NCBI GenBank assembly: GCA_964388715.1
Contig: CAYMBN010000005.1
Location: 3,434 to 67,433, forward strand
Length of the DNA: 64,000 nucleotides
Source of the DNA: an uncultured Methanosarcinales archaeon
GTDB taxonomy: Archaea; Nanobdellota; Nanobdellia; Woesearchaeales; CAYMBN01
Direction: 5' to 3'
The position numbers and the translations under genes are program-made. Positions 1 to 9,546 of this stretch are shown one piece after another. Each line of letters starts with the position of its first letter. The stretch's first letter is position 1. The notes beneath the pieces were generated by a model. That model searched no databases. It was not told the DNA's origin and saw only the letters and a list, made by a program, of their open reading frames with translations.

Positions 1-1336
1 CTGCAACAAATGTCTTAAACCATATTAATAAAGGCACATCAAATTTCAAATGTTTTCTTAGGAAATATACACTAAGACAAACCATTATAAAAAATGAGAA
101 AAACGTTGTAATAGCAGCACCAAGTATTCCTAAAAATGGAATTAAAATAAAATTAGATATTATATTAAAAATTAATGCAGCTAAAAGAATTAATGAATTC
201 AATTTAGGCTTACCAATGCCAGATAATACACTCAAGTTTATCCTAGATATTGTTACCATTATTATACCTAATGAAAGTATTCTTAAAACATTTGATGCCG
301 CAATATAATTAACTCCAAAAAATATATTTAATATAATTTCTGGAAAACAAACCATAATTAAAATAAAAGGAAATATAATAATTAGAGAATATTTATACAA
401 CATGTACATCCCATCTTTAAGTTTATCAAAACTTCCAGACGCCCAAAGCTCAGAAGACATTGGAAATATAACAGTCATCAAAGCAACACTAAAATAACCA
501 AGTATTAAAGCAGTAGGTAAAGCAACATTATACAATCCAACTGCTTCAAGCCCTTTAAAATAACTAATCATAATAGAATCAATATTTCCAAGCGCAACAA
601 CACCAACAACTGTAAACAAAGTAGGTATACTAAATGCAAACAATTTCTTTATTAAGAAAGAATCATATACTAGTTTAGATTTCCAAAATCCGATTGGCAG
701 TATCCTTCTCAAAATAATTGGAATAAATAATAAGGAAATAAACACAGGCATAAGAATATATGACATAACAGGAGCTAACACATTCAAATTTATCCTTAGC
801 ATAAAATATGCAAAAATTAAAACAAAGGTTGTTCTTGAGAAATCAAGCATTGCATAATAATTGAGCCTTTGAAAACCTTGTAGTATTGAAATTAAAATAC
901 TCATTATAGATTGTAATATAAAGTATATTGAGAATAGTTTAAGCAAAAAAGCTGAATCAGGATTATGAAAAAGTGTTAAAGATAAATAATTAGAGAAAAC
1001 AAATAATAACACTGCTAACACAATCGCAAACAAAATATTAAACAAAAAAACAAACACAACCATATTTTTCATTGAATTATATTTATTTTTAACTTGAAAC
1101 TCAGGAATAAATTTAACTAATGCTTGCCCAAGTCCAAGGTCCTTAAACACTAATAAAAAAGACACAAAAGCAAACATTGCATAAAACAAACCAAAATCAG
1201 CTTTAGTCAATTTATTTGCTAACAATAATCTAAGAAGATAACCTAAAACACCTGCAGCTATTGAAAAGACAAATATCATCCCAGTACTTCTAACAGCTTT
1301 TTTTGTGTAATTAGTTGTGTAGTCAGTCATTTTCAT
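1..1336 (-). CDS. Wzx-like oligosaccharide flippase / polysaccharide biosynthesis protein (MOP superfamily), C-terminal part cut by the window edge
   Basis: Reverse-strand translation from ATG at 1336 (MKMTDYTTNYTKKAVRSTGMIFVFSIAAGVLGYLL...) gives a continuous ORF to position 1 with about 12 predicted TM helices and a Wzx-like N-terminus. It is absent from the ORF track because it is truncated by the window edge. Confidence 0.55.
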   Translation of the reverse strand, partial: MKMTDYTTNYTKKAVRSTGMIFVFSIAAGVLGYLLRLLLANKLTKADFGLFYAMFAFVSFLLVFKDLGLGQALVKFIPEFQVKNKYNSMKNMVVFVFLFNILFAIVLAVLLFVFSNYLSLTLFHNPDSAFLLKLFSIYFILQSIMSILISILQGFQRLNYYAMLDFSRTTFVLIFAYFMLRINLNVLAPVMSYILMPVFISLLFIPIILRRILPIGFWKSKLVYDSFLIKKLFAFSIPTLFTVVGVVALGNIDSIMISYFKGLEAVGLYNVALPTALILGYFSVALMTVIFPMSSELWASGSFDKLKDGMYMLYKYSLIIIFPFILIMVCFPEIILNIFFGVNYIAASNVLRILSLGIIMVTISRINLSVLSGIGKPKLNSLILLAALIFNIISNFILIPFLGILGAAITTFFSFFIMVCLSVYFLRKHLKFDVPLLIWFKTFVA

Positions 1337-1389
1337 AATTTCCTTTTATATCTTAATAACCTTTTATAAGTTAATAAGTTTTTATAATT

Positions 1390-3297
1390 TCATAATATTT
1401 TAAACACAGTTACACCCTTATTTGAATAAGCAATATTAAAATGTTCTGAATTCTGAATCTGATTAATTCTCTCTGGTAAAAGTTCTAATGTTTTATTCTG
1501 TCCTGAAAATACAGTATGATACCTAGTTGACATCTGCCCTATAATAAGATAATCATATTTTTCCTTTTTTAATAATCCATAAAGTTGATTCGCGTCAAAA
1601 TCAAGTATATTATATCTTAAGTTAAGTGTTGTTTCACAATAACTACACATATTTTTATCATAACCAGTAACAAACTCTGGTATTGATGAGTAATCAAAAA
1701 CTTTAGTACCAATTGGTAAACTCTTTAACCAAAGATAGCCTTCAAACTCGTCTTGTGAACTCCATGCAGCACCACCTGGCCATGATGAAGTGTTTAATCT
1801 ATATTTCTGGATTCCAGCAGTCATAAACACTAAAATTATCAATATCAAAACAATTCCTAATTTCAAAAACTTACTTTTACCAAAACCTAAAATCAATGAA
1901 AATCCTAGTGAAGACAACAACACAACAGGAATTGCAAACAACATCCAAAATCTCCATGCAATCAATCCAAAAGGAAGATGAAATGTCATAGAGTTCATAC
2001 CTAAAAAAGTAAAAATAAACCAACCTAAACTAATTGTAATCCACTGATTCTTCTTCAAAACAGATTTGTATAAAACTAAAACATAAACAAGTCCTAAAAC
2101 TAATAAAATAAAAATTAACATGCCCAAACCAGGCTGATTATTAATCAAACCTTGAGACTGAGCAAAAAAATAATCTTTAAACACATAAGCTCTTGTAGCA
2201 GTTCCACCATCATAAGGAAAAGCTGTTTTCAATCTTAAAAACAAACTCTGAAAAAAACCAGTTGAAACAGCACCTTGCGAAATAGCTTCTTCTAACCTTC
2301 TTCCACCACCAGCTTTCAACATCCCACCAATTTTATTAAACCACCAAAATAATGATAAAACCAATGCACATACAAAAGCTTTTGTTTGATTAATAACTAA
2401 CTTTCGGGTATAAAAAGATTTTACAACAAGATAAATTATAATCAAACCAGACAATTTAATTGCTTGTGTTGGTTGAATAACAAAAATACTAGCCACAGAT
2501 AATAAGGCTGGTATTAACCATAATTTTTCCTTCCCACACCTTTCTAAACAATATAATGATACAAAAAATACAATTAATATTAATGAATGCGACCATATAA
2601 AATGTGTAAGAAAACATGGAACCATCAATAACAGAAATGTTGATATTAACGCTCTTTTTTTATTATTCATGAATTCTTTAGCAAAAAAATAGAAAAATAG
2701 AATTGATAGCGCAACAAAAATAGAATTAAAAAACTTCAAAGTCCACATCAAAGATCCAGATGTTTGATATAAAATTGCAAGTACAAAACTATATCCAGGA
2801 GGATAAGGATCAATATATTGATAAAGTTCTTTGCCCTCAAATGGTTCAACAAGACTTTTCTGTTCAGCTATATACTTAACACCCACTGCATATGTCCAAG
2901 GATCATCATCCTCAAAATGTGGATACAAAAATGCCCCTTTTAGACTTACGAATAAAGATATTGCAAACATTAACAAAACAATAATTATAAATATCTCACT
3001 TTTCTTTATACCTTTACCAAAAGTAACATGGTAAAAACCATTCAGAACCGATTTATAATTTTTAAAAAAATAAAAAACAGGAATAATCAAACTAATAACA
3101 AGTATTACTTTCCAATCAATAGGAATACGTAGAGAAGATAAAATAACCCCTAATATAGATAAAATACTTAATCCAATTCCAAATCGCATAATATGTTTTT
3201 CATACTTATTTTCATATATAGATTTAACAAAGAAATCAAGACTAAACCCAATCCCATAACAATACACAAAAAACAAAATTATTGTAATAATATTCAT
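1390..3297 (-). CDS. polytopic GT-C fold membrane glycosyltransferase (PMT/ArnT-like), 635 aa
   Basis: 12+ hydrophobic segments, an acidic first-loop motif (YPHFEDDDPWTYA) typical of GT-C enzymes and a C-terminal soluble domain. No WWDYG motif was found, so it is not called AglB/STT3. Confidence 0.45.
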   Translation of the reverse strand: MNIITIILFFVYCYGIGFSLDFFVKSIYENKYEKHIMRFGIGLSILSILGVILSSLRIPIDWKVILVISLIIPVFYFFKNYKSVLNGFYHVTFGKGIKKSEIFIIIVLLMFAISLFVSLKGAFLYPHFEDDDPWTYAVGVKYIAEQKSLVEPFEGKELYQYIDPYPPGYSFVLAILYQTSGSLMWTLKFFNSIFVALSILFFYFFAKEFMNNKKRALISTFLLLMVPCFLTHFIWSHSLILIVFFVSLYCLERCGKEKLWLIPALLSVASIFVIQPTQAIKLSGLIIIYLVVKSFYTRKLVINQTKAFVCALVLSLFWWFNKIGGMLKAGGGRRLEEAISQGAVSTGFFQSLFLRLKTAFPYDGGTATRAYVFKDYFFAQSQGLINNQPGLGMLIFILLVLGLVYVLVLYKSVLKKNQWITISLGWFIFTFLGMNSMTFHLPFGLIAWRFWMLFAIPVVLLSSLGFSLILGFGKSKFLKLGIVLILIILVFMTAGIQKYRLNTSSWPGGAAWSSQDEFEGYLWLKSLPIGTKVFDYSSIPEFVTGYDKNMCSYCETTLNLRYNILDFDANQLYGLLKKEKYDYLIIGQMSTRYHTVFSGQNKTLELLPERINQIQNSEHFNIAYSNKGVTVFKIL

Positions 3298-3334
3298 TTA
3301 AAGCACCTTTTATAACATATTTTATAACAATTCT

Positions 3335-4540
3335 TTATAATGAATTGTATACTTGCCTAAACCCTTTAACCATTTTGTTTTTGTTAAACCTCTTTTTTGC
3401 AAAAGAGTTATTCTCTTTTTCAAATTTGTTTGTTATATTTGAATTTTTTAATAATTTTAATATAATTGATGAAAATTTATCAACACTATAATCAACAGCC
3501 ACACCAATACCCTTAATTATTAACTCATCTAAAGGCCTAATATTACTAACTATTAAAGGTTTTCCTAGTGAAAGAGCCTCTACAAGTGCTAAAGGAACTT
3601 CTAAACGCGCTGCTGCAGCCTTCTTTGTAGGAAAAATACAAACATCACATACATTTAACAACCTTGGAAAATTATCTACAGTCCCTAAAATAATTACATT
3701 ATTTTCAATATTTCTTAGCTTAAGCTTCTCAACGAATCTTTTTTTATGTTTAATATCCTCAGGATTCCTAATTCTAAAAGGCAAGATAAATTTAACATTT
3801 GAAGATTCATTTGATACCTTCTTAATTATATCAACAAGATAATTTTCAGAATCAGATGAAACTAAAGAATTAAAATCACCAGGGAATAACACTATTTTTT
3901 CTTTTTCAATATCTAATTTCCTCCTTACATCGGAAAACTCCTGTTTAGAAAAACTAAACTCACGTGCTGCAGGATATATACATTCAACATTTTTAACTCC
4001 CTTTTTCATAAGAAATTGTTTTGAATATTCTGAAAAAACCGTAACTTTATCACCAAAAAAAAGATCCTTTATTTTTCCACCATTTCCTAGGAACTTTTTA
4101 TTTTTATAAATCAAATTATGAACCGAAGTAACTGTCTGTACTACTTTTTTTCCTTTAAAAAGTTTTTTAAAAATCCCTAAAAACCTAATTTGTGGAGTAA
4201 AAAACAAATGAACAACATCAACATTTTTCCTTAAAAAAAGACTGTTTAAGAATATAAGAAATTTATGAAAAATGCCACTTGTATGATATTTTTGATAATA
4301 AAAAGCAAGATTTACAAGCTTAAGATTTCTATTTTCTTTAGAAAAAGAAAAATCATTTTTTGCAGTAAAAAGAGTAAATTTAATATTTGGACAACCCCTC
4401 ACAACTTCATACACAATATTTTTCACACCTTCATCCAAGGGTAGCACCATAGGTAAAAGAGTAATAATAAATACTTTCTTTTTCTTCATACTTTTTGATA
4501 CTAACGTCATATCTTCCCCCTCTGCTAAAAGAGTCCTCAT
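3335..4540 (-). CDS. GT4 family (GT-B fold) glycosyltransferase
   Basis: C-terminal E-x7-E-like region (EALSLGKPLIVSNIRPLDELI) typical of 'glycosyl transferases group 1'; two-Rossmann-domain length (401 aa). Confidence 0.6.
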   Translation of the reverse strand: MRTLLAEGEDMTLVSKSMKKKKVFIITLLPMVLPLDEGVKNIVYEVVRGCPNIKFTLFTAKNDFSFSKENRNLKLVNLAFYYQKYHTSGIFHKFLIFLNSLFLRKNVDVVHLFFTPQIRFLGIFKKLFKGKKVVQTVTSVHNLIYKNKKFLGNGGKIKDLFFGDKVTVFSEYSKQFLMKKGVKNVECIYPAAREFSFSKQEFSDVRRKLDIEKEKIVLFPGDFNSLVSSDSENYLVDIIKKVSNESSNVKFILPFRIRNPEDIKHKKRFVEKLKLRNIENNVIILGTVDNFPRLLNVCDVCIFPTKKAAAARLEVPLALVEALSLGKPLIVSNIRPLDELIIKGIGVAVDYSVDKFSSIILKLLKNSNITNKFEKENNSFAKKRFNKNKMVKGFRQVYNSL

Positions 4541-4629
4541 GATTTATAAAGCTTATGTTAAAACAGAAAAGATTATAAATTCACATCCAATTATATAAAT
4601 CTAAGAAGAATAAACAAAGAATTAACAAA

Positions 4630-5817
4630 ATGATATCAAAAATAAAACCATATTACAATCTAAAGGAAATAAAACAAACACTATTTAATCTAGATAAGGA
4701 TATAATCAACAAATTTGAAGAAAAATTTGCTAAAAAAACAAATTCAAAATTTGCAATCTCAAGCGCATATGGAAGAACAAGCTTATTTTCTTTTCTCACA
4801 ACCCAAAATATCAAAAAACAAAACATAGCTATTCCAGCATTTACTTGTATTGTAGTTCCAAACACAATAATAAGATCAAATAACAACCCATTGTTTATTG
4901 ATATTTCTCTAAAAGATTATAACATGGACTTAAACAAAAACAAGGAATCACAAACAACCAAAATCATAATGGCCACACATATGTATGGTTATCCAATGAA
5001 TATAAAAAAAATAAAAGAATCATCAAAAGTAAAAGATCAAATTATTATAGAGGATGCTTGCTTAGCTCCTTTAGCAAAAGATGTTGGAAAACATAGTGAT
5101 TGTTGTTTTTATTCTCTTAACATTAACAAACATATGTGCTGCTTTGATGGAGGAATGCTTACTACAAACAATCAAGAAACATATCAAAAAGTTAAAGCTT
5201 TTCAATCAAAAAACTTCAAAAAAACTTCAATATTAAATAAACAAAGAAAAAAACTATGGTTTATTGTATCATATTGTTTTTTTAATAATATTCCTTATAG
5301 CTTAATTTACAGATTATATAATAACTCAAAAATATTTAGAAAAAAGATTAGCAATTGGAATATTGAAAAAATAAACATGCCCAAAGATTTCAAAACTTTA
5401 CTAACAAAATTCCAAGCTAGATTAGGCTTAGCTCAATTAGAAAAGCTAGAAAAAAACATAGAAAAAAGAAAAGCAATTGTAAAAGTATATGATAAAACAA
5501 TCAAAAATAACAACATTATCAAACCACCATTAATAAAAGGAGCTGTTTATTCACATTATACAATAAGAATCAAAAACAGAGAAAACCTGATAAAATATCT
5601 TGAAAAAAAAGGTATTGGAATTGGGAGAAGCTTTGATTTTGATTATTCTATACCTTCTCTTAAAATATATAATAAATACAATCAAAACAACAAAAATTAT
5701 CCAAATTCAAACATTGCAGCCAAACAAGTTGTTAACCTACCAATAAGAGCAAATCTTAAGCTAAAACAAGCTATGTTTGTATCTAATTGCCTTAATGAAT
5801 ACACTGTTTCTAATTAA
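4630..5817 (+). CDS. DegT/DnrJ/EryC1/StrS-family PLP-dependent sugar aminotransferase
   Basis: Motifs AISSAYGRTSLF, IPAFTC, ATHMYGYP, IIEDACLA and SLNINKHM (PLP lysine) match the DegT family arrangement. Confidence 0.6.
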   Translation: MISKIKPYYNLKEIKQTLFNLDKDIINKFEEKFAKKTNSKFAISSAYGRTSLFSFLTTQNIKKQNIAIPAFTCIVVPNTIIRSNNNPLFIDISLKDYNMDLNKNKESQTTKIIMATHMYGYPMNIKKIKESSKVKDQIIIEDACLAPLAKDVGKHSDCCFYSLNINKHMCCFDGGMLTTNNQETYQKVKAFQSKNFKKTSILNKQRKKLWFIVSYCFFNNIPYSLIYRLYNNSKIFRKKISNWNIEKINMPKDFKTLLTKFQARLGLAQLEKLEKNIEKRKAIVKVYDKTIKNNNIIKPPLIKGAVYSHYTIRIKNRENLIKYLEKKGIGIGRSFDFDYSIPSLKIYNKYNQNNKNYPNSNIAAKQVVNLPIRANLKLKQAMFVSNCLNEYTVSN

Positions 5818-5900
5818 ATATAACCCAATTCAAAAAAGCAAAAAATATATAAAGAGATACATAATTCTATGTATGGGGTAAAATAACAAATTAACCAAAA

Positions 5901-6230
5901 ATGAAAAACAGAACTACAATACAATTATCAGAGGACCTTAGAAAAAAGTTAAGAACATTAGCTGCAAAAAGAGATATCTCTTATCAAAAATTATTATCAG
6001 ACATGATATCTGTCTTCAAAGAGGTTGACAAAGACAAAACAATAATCTCAATTCCATCTAAACTAGCTGACAAACTTCAACAAAACATAATCAAATCGGA
6101 TTTTAACACATTAAGTGAATATGTTACATTCTTACTTAGATTACTTTTATATGAAGATACAACTTCAAAAAAAGTAAATAACGAAGAAAAAATTCGAACA
6201 AGATTAAAAAAATTGGGATATATTGGGTGA
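5901..6230 (+). CDS. small tandem ribbon-helix-helix-like protein with CysD-like C-terminal tail (…EEKIRTRLKKLGYIG)
   Basis: Two segments with the beta-strand plus two-helix RHH pattern (TTIQLSEDLRKKLRTLAAKRDISYQKLL; TIISIPSKLADKLQQNI…LSEYVTFLL); C-terminus matches the tail shared with CysD. Confidence 0.4.
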   Translation: MKNRTTIQLSEDLRKKLRTLAAKRDISYQKLLSDMISVFKEVDKDKTIISIPSKLADKLQQNIIKSDFNTLSEYVTFLLRLLLYEDTTSKKVNNEEKIRTRLKKLGYIG

Positions 6231-6234
6231 TACT

Positions 6235-7032
6235 ATGAATCATTTAGACGAACTTGAAAGCAAATCCATTTTTATAATAAGGGAAGCATATAAACAATTC
6301 AAAAAAGTAGCTTTGCTTTGGTCAATAGGCAAAGATTCAAGCTGCCTTCTTTGGCTTGTTAGAAAGGCTTTCTATGGTAAAATTCCTTTTCCAGTAGTAC
6401 ATATTGATACAAGTTACAAATTTAAATCAATGATTGAATGGAGAGATGAATATGCAAAAAAATGGAATCTAAACCTAATTGTTGGAAGAAATGAAGAAGC
6501 TATCAAAGCAGGAATGGGACCAAAAAATAAATTAGCTTGTTGTACTGCATTAAAAACAGATGCACTCAAGCAAGTTATTGAAAAATACAAATTCAGAGCA
6601 TTATTTTTAGGAATAAGAAGAGATGAACATGGAGTAAGAGCAAAGGAAAGAGTTTTCTCCCCAAGAAACATTGATTTTAAATGGGATTATAAAAATCAAC
6701 CACCAGAATTATGGGATCAATATAAAGCAAAAGCAGAGGAAGAAGAACATATAAGAGTTCATCCAATGTTACATTGGACAGAGTTAGATATTTGGTTATA
6801 CATTAGAAGAGAAAAAATACCTATTATCCCACTATATTTTTCAAAAAATGGAAAACGTTACAGAAGCATTGGATGTGAATGTTGTTGCTGCCCTATTGAT
6901 TCAGATGCTACTGATATTGACAAGGCAATCGAAGAATTAAAAACAACAAAACAAGGTGAAAGAGCTGGAAGAGCACAAGACAAAGAAGAAGCTAATGCAA
7001 TGCAAAAATTAAGAGCATTAGGTTATATGTGA
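6235..7032 (+). CDS. cysD: sulfate adenylyltransferase subunit 2 (CysD, PAPS-reductase fold)
   Basis: HLDELESKSIFIIREAYKQF…LWSIGKDSSCLLWLVRKAF…PVVHIDTSYKF is collinear with bacterial CysD; the C-terminus (…ERAGRAQDKEEANAMQKLRALGYM) resembles the E. coli CysD C-terminus as I recall it. The ORF track starts at TTG 6223; ATG 6235 is the more likely start. Confidence 0.8.
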   Translation: MNHLDELESKSIFIIREAYKQFKKVALLWSIGKDSSCLLWLVRKAFYGKIPFPVVHIDTSYKFKSMIEWRDEYAKKWNLNLIVGRNEEAIKAGMGPKNKLACCTALKTDALKQVIEKYKFRALFLGIRRDEHGVRAKERVFSPRNIDFKWDYKNQPPELWDQYKAKAEEEEHIRVHPMLHWTELDIWLYIRREKIPIIPLYFSKNGKRYRSIGCECCCCPIDSDATDIDKAIEELKTTKQGERAGRAQDKEEANAMQKLRALGYM

Positions 7033-7038
7033 TAAAAA

Positions 7039-7371
7039 GTGATTAAGACAAGAGATAAAAAAAGAAGAACCATTGTAAAAACCCTTACTTGGAGAGTAAT
7101 TGCAACACTTGTAACTATTGAAGCACTTTATTTAATTAGTGATGATATATGGATCTCAATTGTTGTTGGCCTAGCTATTAACTTTATCAAATCTATTTTA
7201 TATTTTGTCCATGAGAGATTATGGGAACATATTGGATGGGGTAGAAAAAAACATCCACTGTCAAATATATTAATAAATAATCCATTAAAAAAAGAAGATG
7301 AAAAAATTATAAAAAATAAACTTAGAGAATTAGGATATTTTGGAGGAAGTTTTCAAAATGAACCAAGATAA
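7039..7371 (+). CDS. small 2-TM membrane protein (DUF2061-like) carrying an internal/C-terminal …[13 protein letters not shown] motif
   Basis: GTG start; basic N-terminus, two hydrophobic helices ([16 protein letters not shown] / [18 protein letters not shown]), then the shared tail motif; overlaps the cysN start by 14 nt. Confidence 0.4.
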   Translation: MIKTRDKKRRTIVKTLTWRVIATLVTIEALYLISDDIWISIVVGLAINFIKSILYFVHERLWEHIGWGRKKHPLSNILINNPLKKEDEKIIKNKLRELGYFGGSFQNEPR

Positions 7372-8590
7372 TTTCAAATTTGTAATAGTAGGACACATTG
7401 ACCATGGCAAATCAACATTAATAGGAAGATTACTTTTTGATACAAACTCATTACCAGAAGGAAAAATAGAAGAAATCAAAGCAATATGTACATCATTAGG
7501 AAAAGATTTAGAATTTGGTTATGTTATGGATAATCTTGAAGAAGAACGTGATCAAAACATTACAATTGATACTGCACAAATATTTTTTAGAACCAAAAAA
7601 AGAGAATATACTATTATTGATGCCCCTGGACATGTTGAGTTTGTAAAAAACATGATTACAGGTGCTTCACAAGCAGAAGCAGCAATATTAATAGTTGATG
7701 CTGATGAAGGGGTACAAGAACAAACAAGAAGACATTCTTATATCTTAAGTATGCTTGGTTTAAAACAAGTTATTGTCGTAATGAACAAAATGGACCTCAC
7801 TAATTACAATGAAGAAAGATTTCATAATGTAAAAGAAGAATTAATTAAATTTTTAGATAGTATAAACATAAAACCAACTTACATTATTCCAATATCTGCA
7901 AAACAAGGAGATTTTGTTGCAAAAAAAACAGAAAATATGCCTTGGTACAATGGCTTAACTGTATTAGAAGCACTTGATACATTTGAAGCCAATGAATCAA
8001 ACAACAAAAAACCATTAAGATTTTGTGTTCAGGATGTTTACAAATGGGATAAAAGAATCATAGCTGGTAGAGTTGAATCAGGAATACTAAAAAAAGATAG
8101 TGAGGTTACCATCTTACCATCTAATGAAAAAACAATAATAGAAAGTGTTGAAGAATTTTTAAAACAAGACATCAACGAAGCAGAATCTGGAAAATCAACT
8201 GGTATAGTTACAAAAGATAAAGTTTTTGTTGATAGAGGAAATATAATTTGTGAACCAAATAATTTACCAACAGTTACAAATCAGTTTAAAGCACATATTT
8301 TTTGGATGAGTAAAGAACCTTTGAAAAAAGGAGAAAGAGTATTTTTAAAATGTTCAACTCAAAATACAATATGTGAAATTAAAGATTTTGTAAGAATACT
8401 TAACTCCTCAACTCTGGAAGTAAAACAGAATAATAAACAAATAGAAAACAGAGAAGTAGCAGATGTAATAATTAAAACAGATAAACCAATTGTAGTAGAA
8501 AATTTTAATAAAGTTGAAGAATTAGGAAGGTTTGTATTAGAAAGACTTAACACATGTGCAGGAGGAATCATTACAGAGGTTGAAGAATGA
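7358..8590 (+). CDS. cysN: sulfate adenylyltransferase subunit 1 (CysN, EF-Tu-like GTPase)
   Basis: G1 [35 protein letters not shown] and TRRHSYI match CysN-specific motifs; GGAGG at 7342-7346 precedes ATG 7358 (the track ORF starts at an upstream TTG). Confidence 0.8.
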   Translation: MNQDNFKFVIVGHIDHGKSTLIGRLLFDTNSLPEGKIEEIKAICTSLGKDLEFGYVMDNLEEERDQNITIDTAQIFFRTKKREYTIIDAPGHVEFVKNMITGASQAEAAILIVDADEGVQEQTRRHSYILSMLGLKQVIVVMNKMDLTNYNEERFHNVKEELIKFLDSINIKPTYIIPISAKQGDFVAKKTENMPWYNGLTVLEALDTFEANESNNKKPLRFCVQDVYKWDKRIIAGRVESGILKKDSEVTILPSNEKTIIESVEEFLKQDINEAESGKSTGIVTKDKVFVDRGNIICEPNNLPTVTNQFKAHIFWMSKEPLKKGERVFLKCSTQNTICEIKDFVRILNSSTLEVKQNNKQIENREVADVIIKTDKPIVVENFNKVEELGRFVLERLNTCAGGIITEVEE

Positions 8591-9333
8591 TTATTGTTTT
8601 AGCTGTTGATGCTTTAGAATTTAATAAAGTTGAAGAATTTAATTGTAGAAACCTTAAACAAGAATATTTTGGAAAAACAAACATTTCTGAATTTTCTCAA
8701 CCAAGAACAATGGTACTTTGGAGTTCATTTATGACTGGCCAAAATAAGGAAAAAGATGTCCTAAGTAATGGGAACAAAGAAATGTGGAACAAAAAATGGG
8801 ATATAAAAGAAACATTATTCTCAAACTTCCAAAACCCCATAATACTTGACCTCCCTGGATTCTCTTATAACCTAAAATCTCATGAAAAATCAAGAGAATT
8901 GCTCAAAGCTTTCTTTGAAACAGAAAATCCTGAGGAAAAACAAAAAATTAAAAATCAATATAACCAAGATGCATTTGAACATCATAAAAAAATAAAAAAA
9001 CAATTCCTTGAAACACTAAAATCAAACCAATACGACTTTGTTTTAGGTTATTTTAGTATTATTGATGTAATTGGACATTTAAACTTTGGAAACACAACCC
9101 TAATGAAAATGTTATATAAGGATATTGATGAAATTGCAGATGAAATAAGAAAAATACCAAATATTAAGCTGATTATACTATCTGATCATGGAATGAAAGC
9201 AATAGGTATGTTTGGAGATCACTCAGAATATGGCTTTTGGAGCACAAACTTTAAAAAGCTTGAGAATCCACAGATAACAGACTTTGCTAATATCATAACT
9301 GAATGTAAAAATGAAAATCAAAATCAAGGATGA
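8587..9333 (+). CDS. alkaline-phosphatase-superfamily protein, degenerate paralogue of the downstream NPP-like enzyme
   Basis: Collinear with the 9547 protein ([10 protein letters not shown] vs IIGIDGASF; LIILSDHGM vs FIISDHGF), but the metal/nucleophile positions are substituted. The ATGA overlap with the cysN stop suggests translational coupling. Confidence 0.4.
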   Translation: MIIVLAVDALEFNKVEEFNCRNLKQEYFGKTNISEFSQPRTMVLWSSFMTGQNKEKDVLSNGNKEMWNKKWDIKETLFSNFQNPIILDLPGFSYNLKSHEKSRELLKAFFETENPEEKQKIKNQYNQDAFEHHKKIKKQFLETLKSNQYDFVLGYFSIIDVIGHLNFGNTTLMKMLYKDIDEIADEIRKIPNIKLIILSDHGMKAIGMFGDHSEYGFWSTNFKKLENPQITDFANIITECKNENQNQG

Positions 9334-9520
9334 AATAATAAAGAAAATACAAGATAGAATTAAAGATAATGATGAATTCAACAATGTAGAAGATTATATT
9401 AATTACATTCTTAAACAAGTTATAGAAAAATTAAACAAAAAAAACACAGACAAATCAACCTATTCAAAAAGAGATGAAGATAAAATAAAACAAAGACTAA
9501 AAAGTCTTGGTTACATGTAA
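9311..9520 (+). CDS. small RHH-like protein with CysD-like C-terminal tail (…EDKIKQRLKSLGYM)
   Basis: 69 aa; N-terminal beta-helix-helix pattern ([17 protein letters not shown]…VEDYINYILKQVIEKL) and the shared tail; overlaps the end of the previous ORF in another frame. Confidence 0.4.
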   Translation: MKIKIKDEIIKKIQDRIKDNDEFNNVEDYINYILKQVIEKLNKKNTDKSTYSKRDEDKIKQRLKSLGYM

Positions 9521-9546
9521 ATATTACATAAAAATAGGTAATCACT

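Noticed and set aside
1390-3297. Oligosaccharyltransferase AglB/STT3 assignment
   Set aside because: No WWDYG motif or STT3-type C-terminal domain is recognisable. Only a generic GT-C call is justified.
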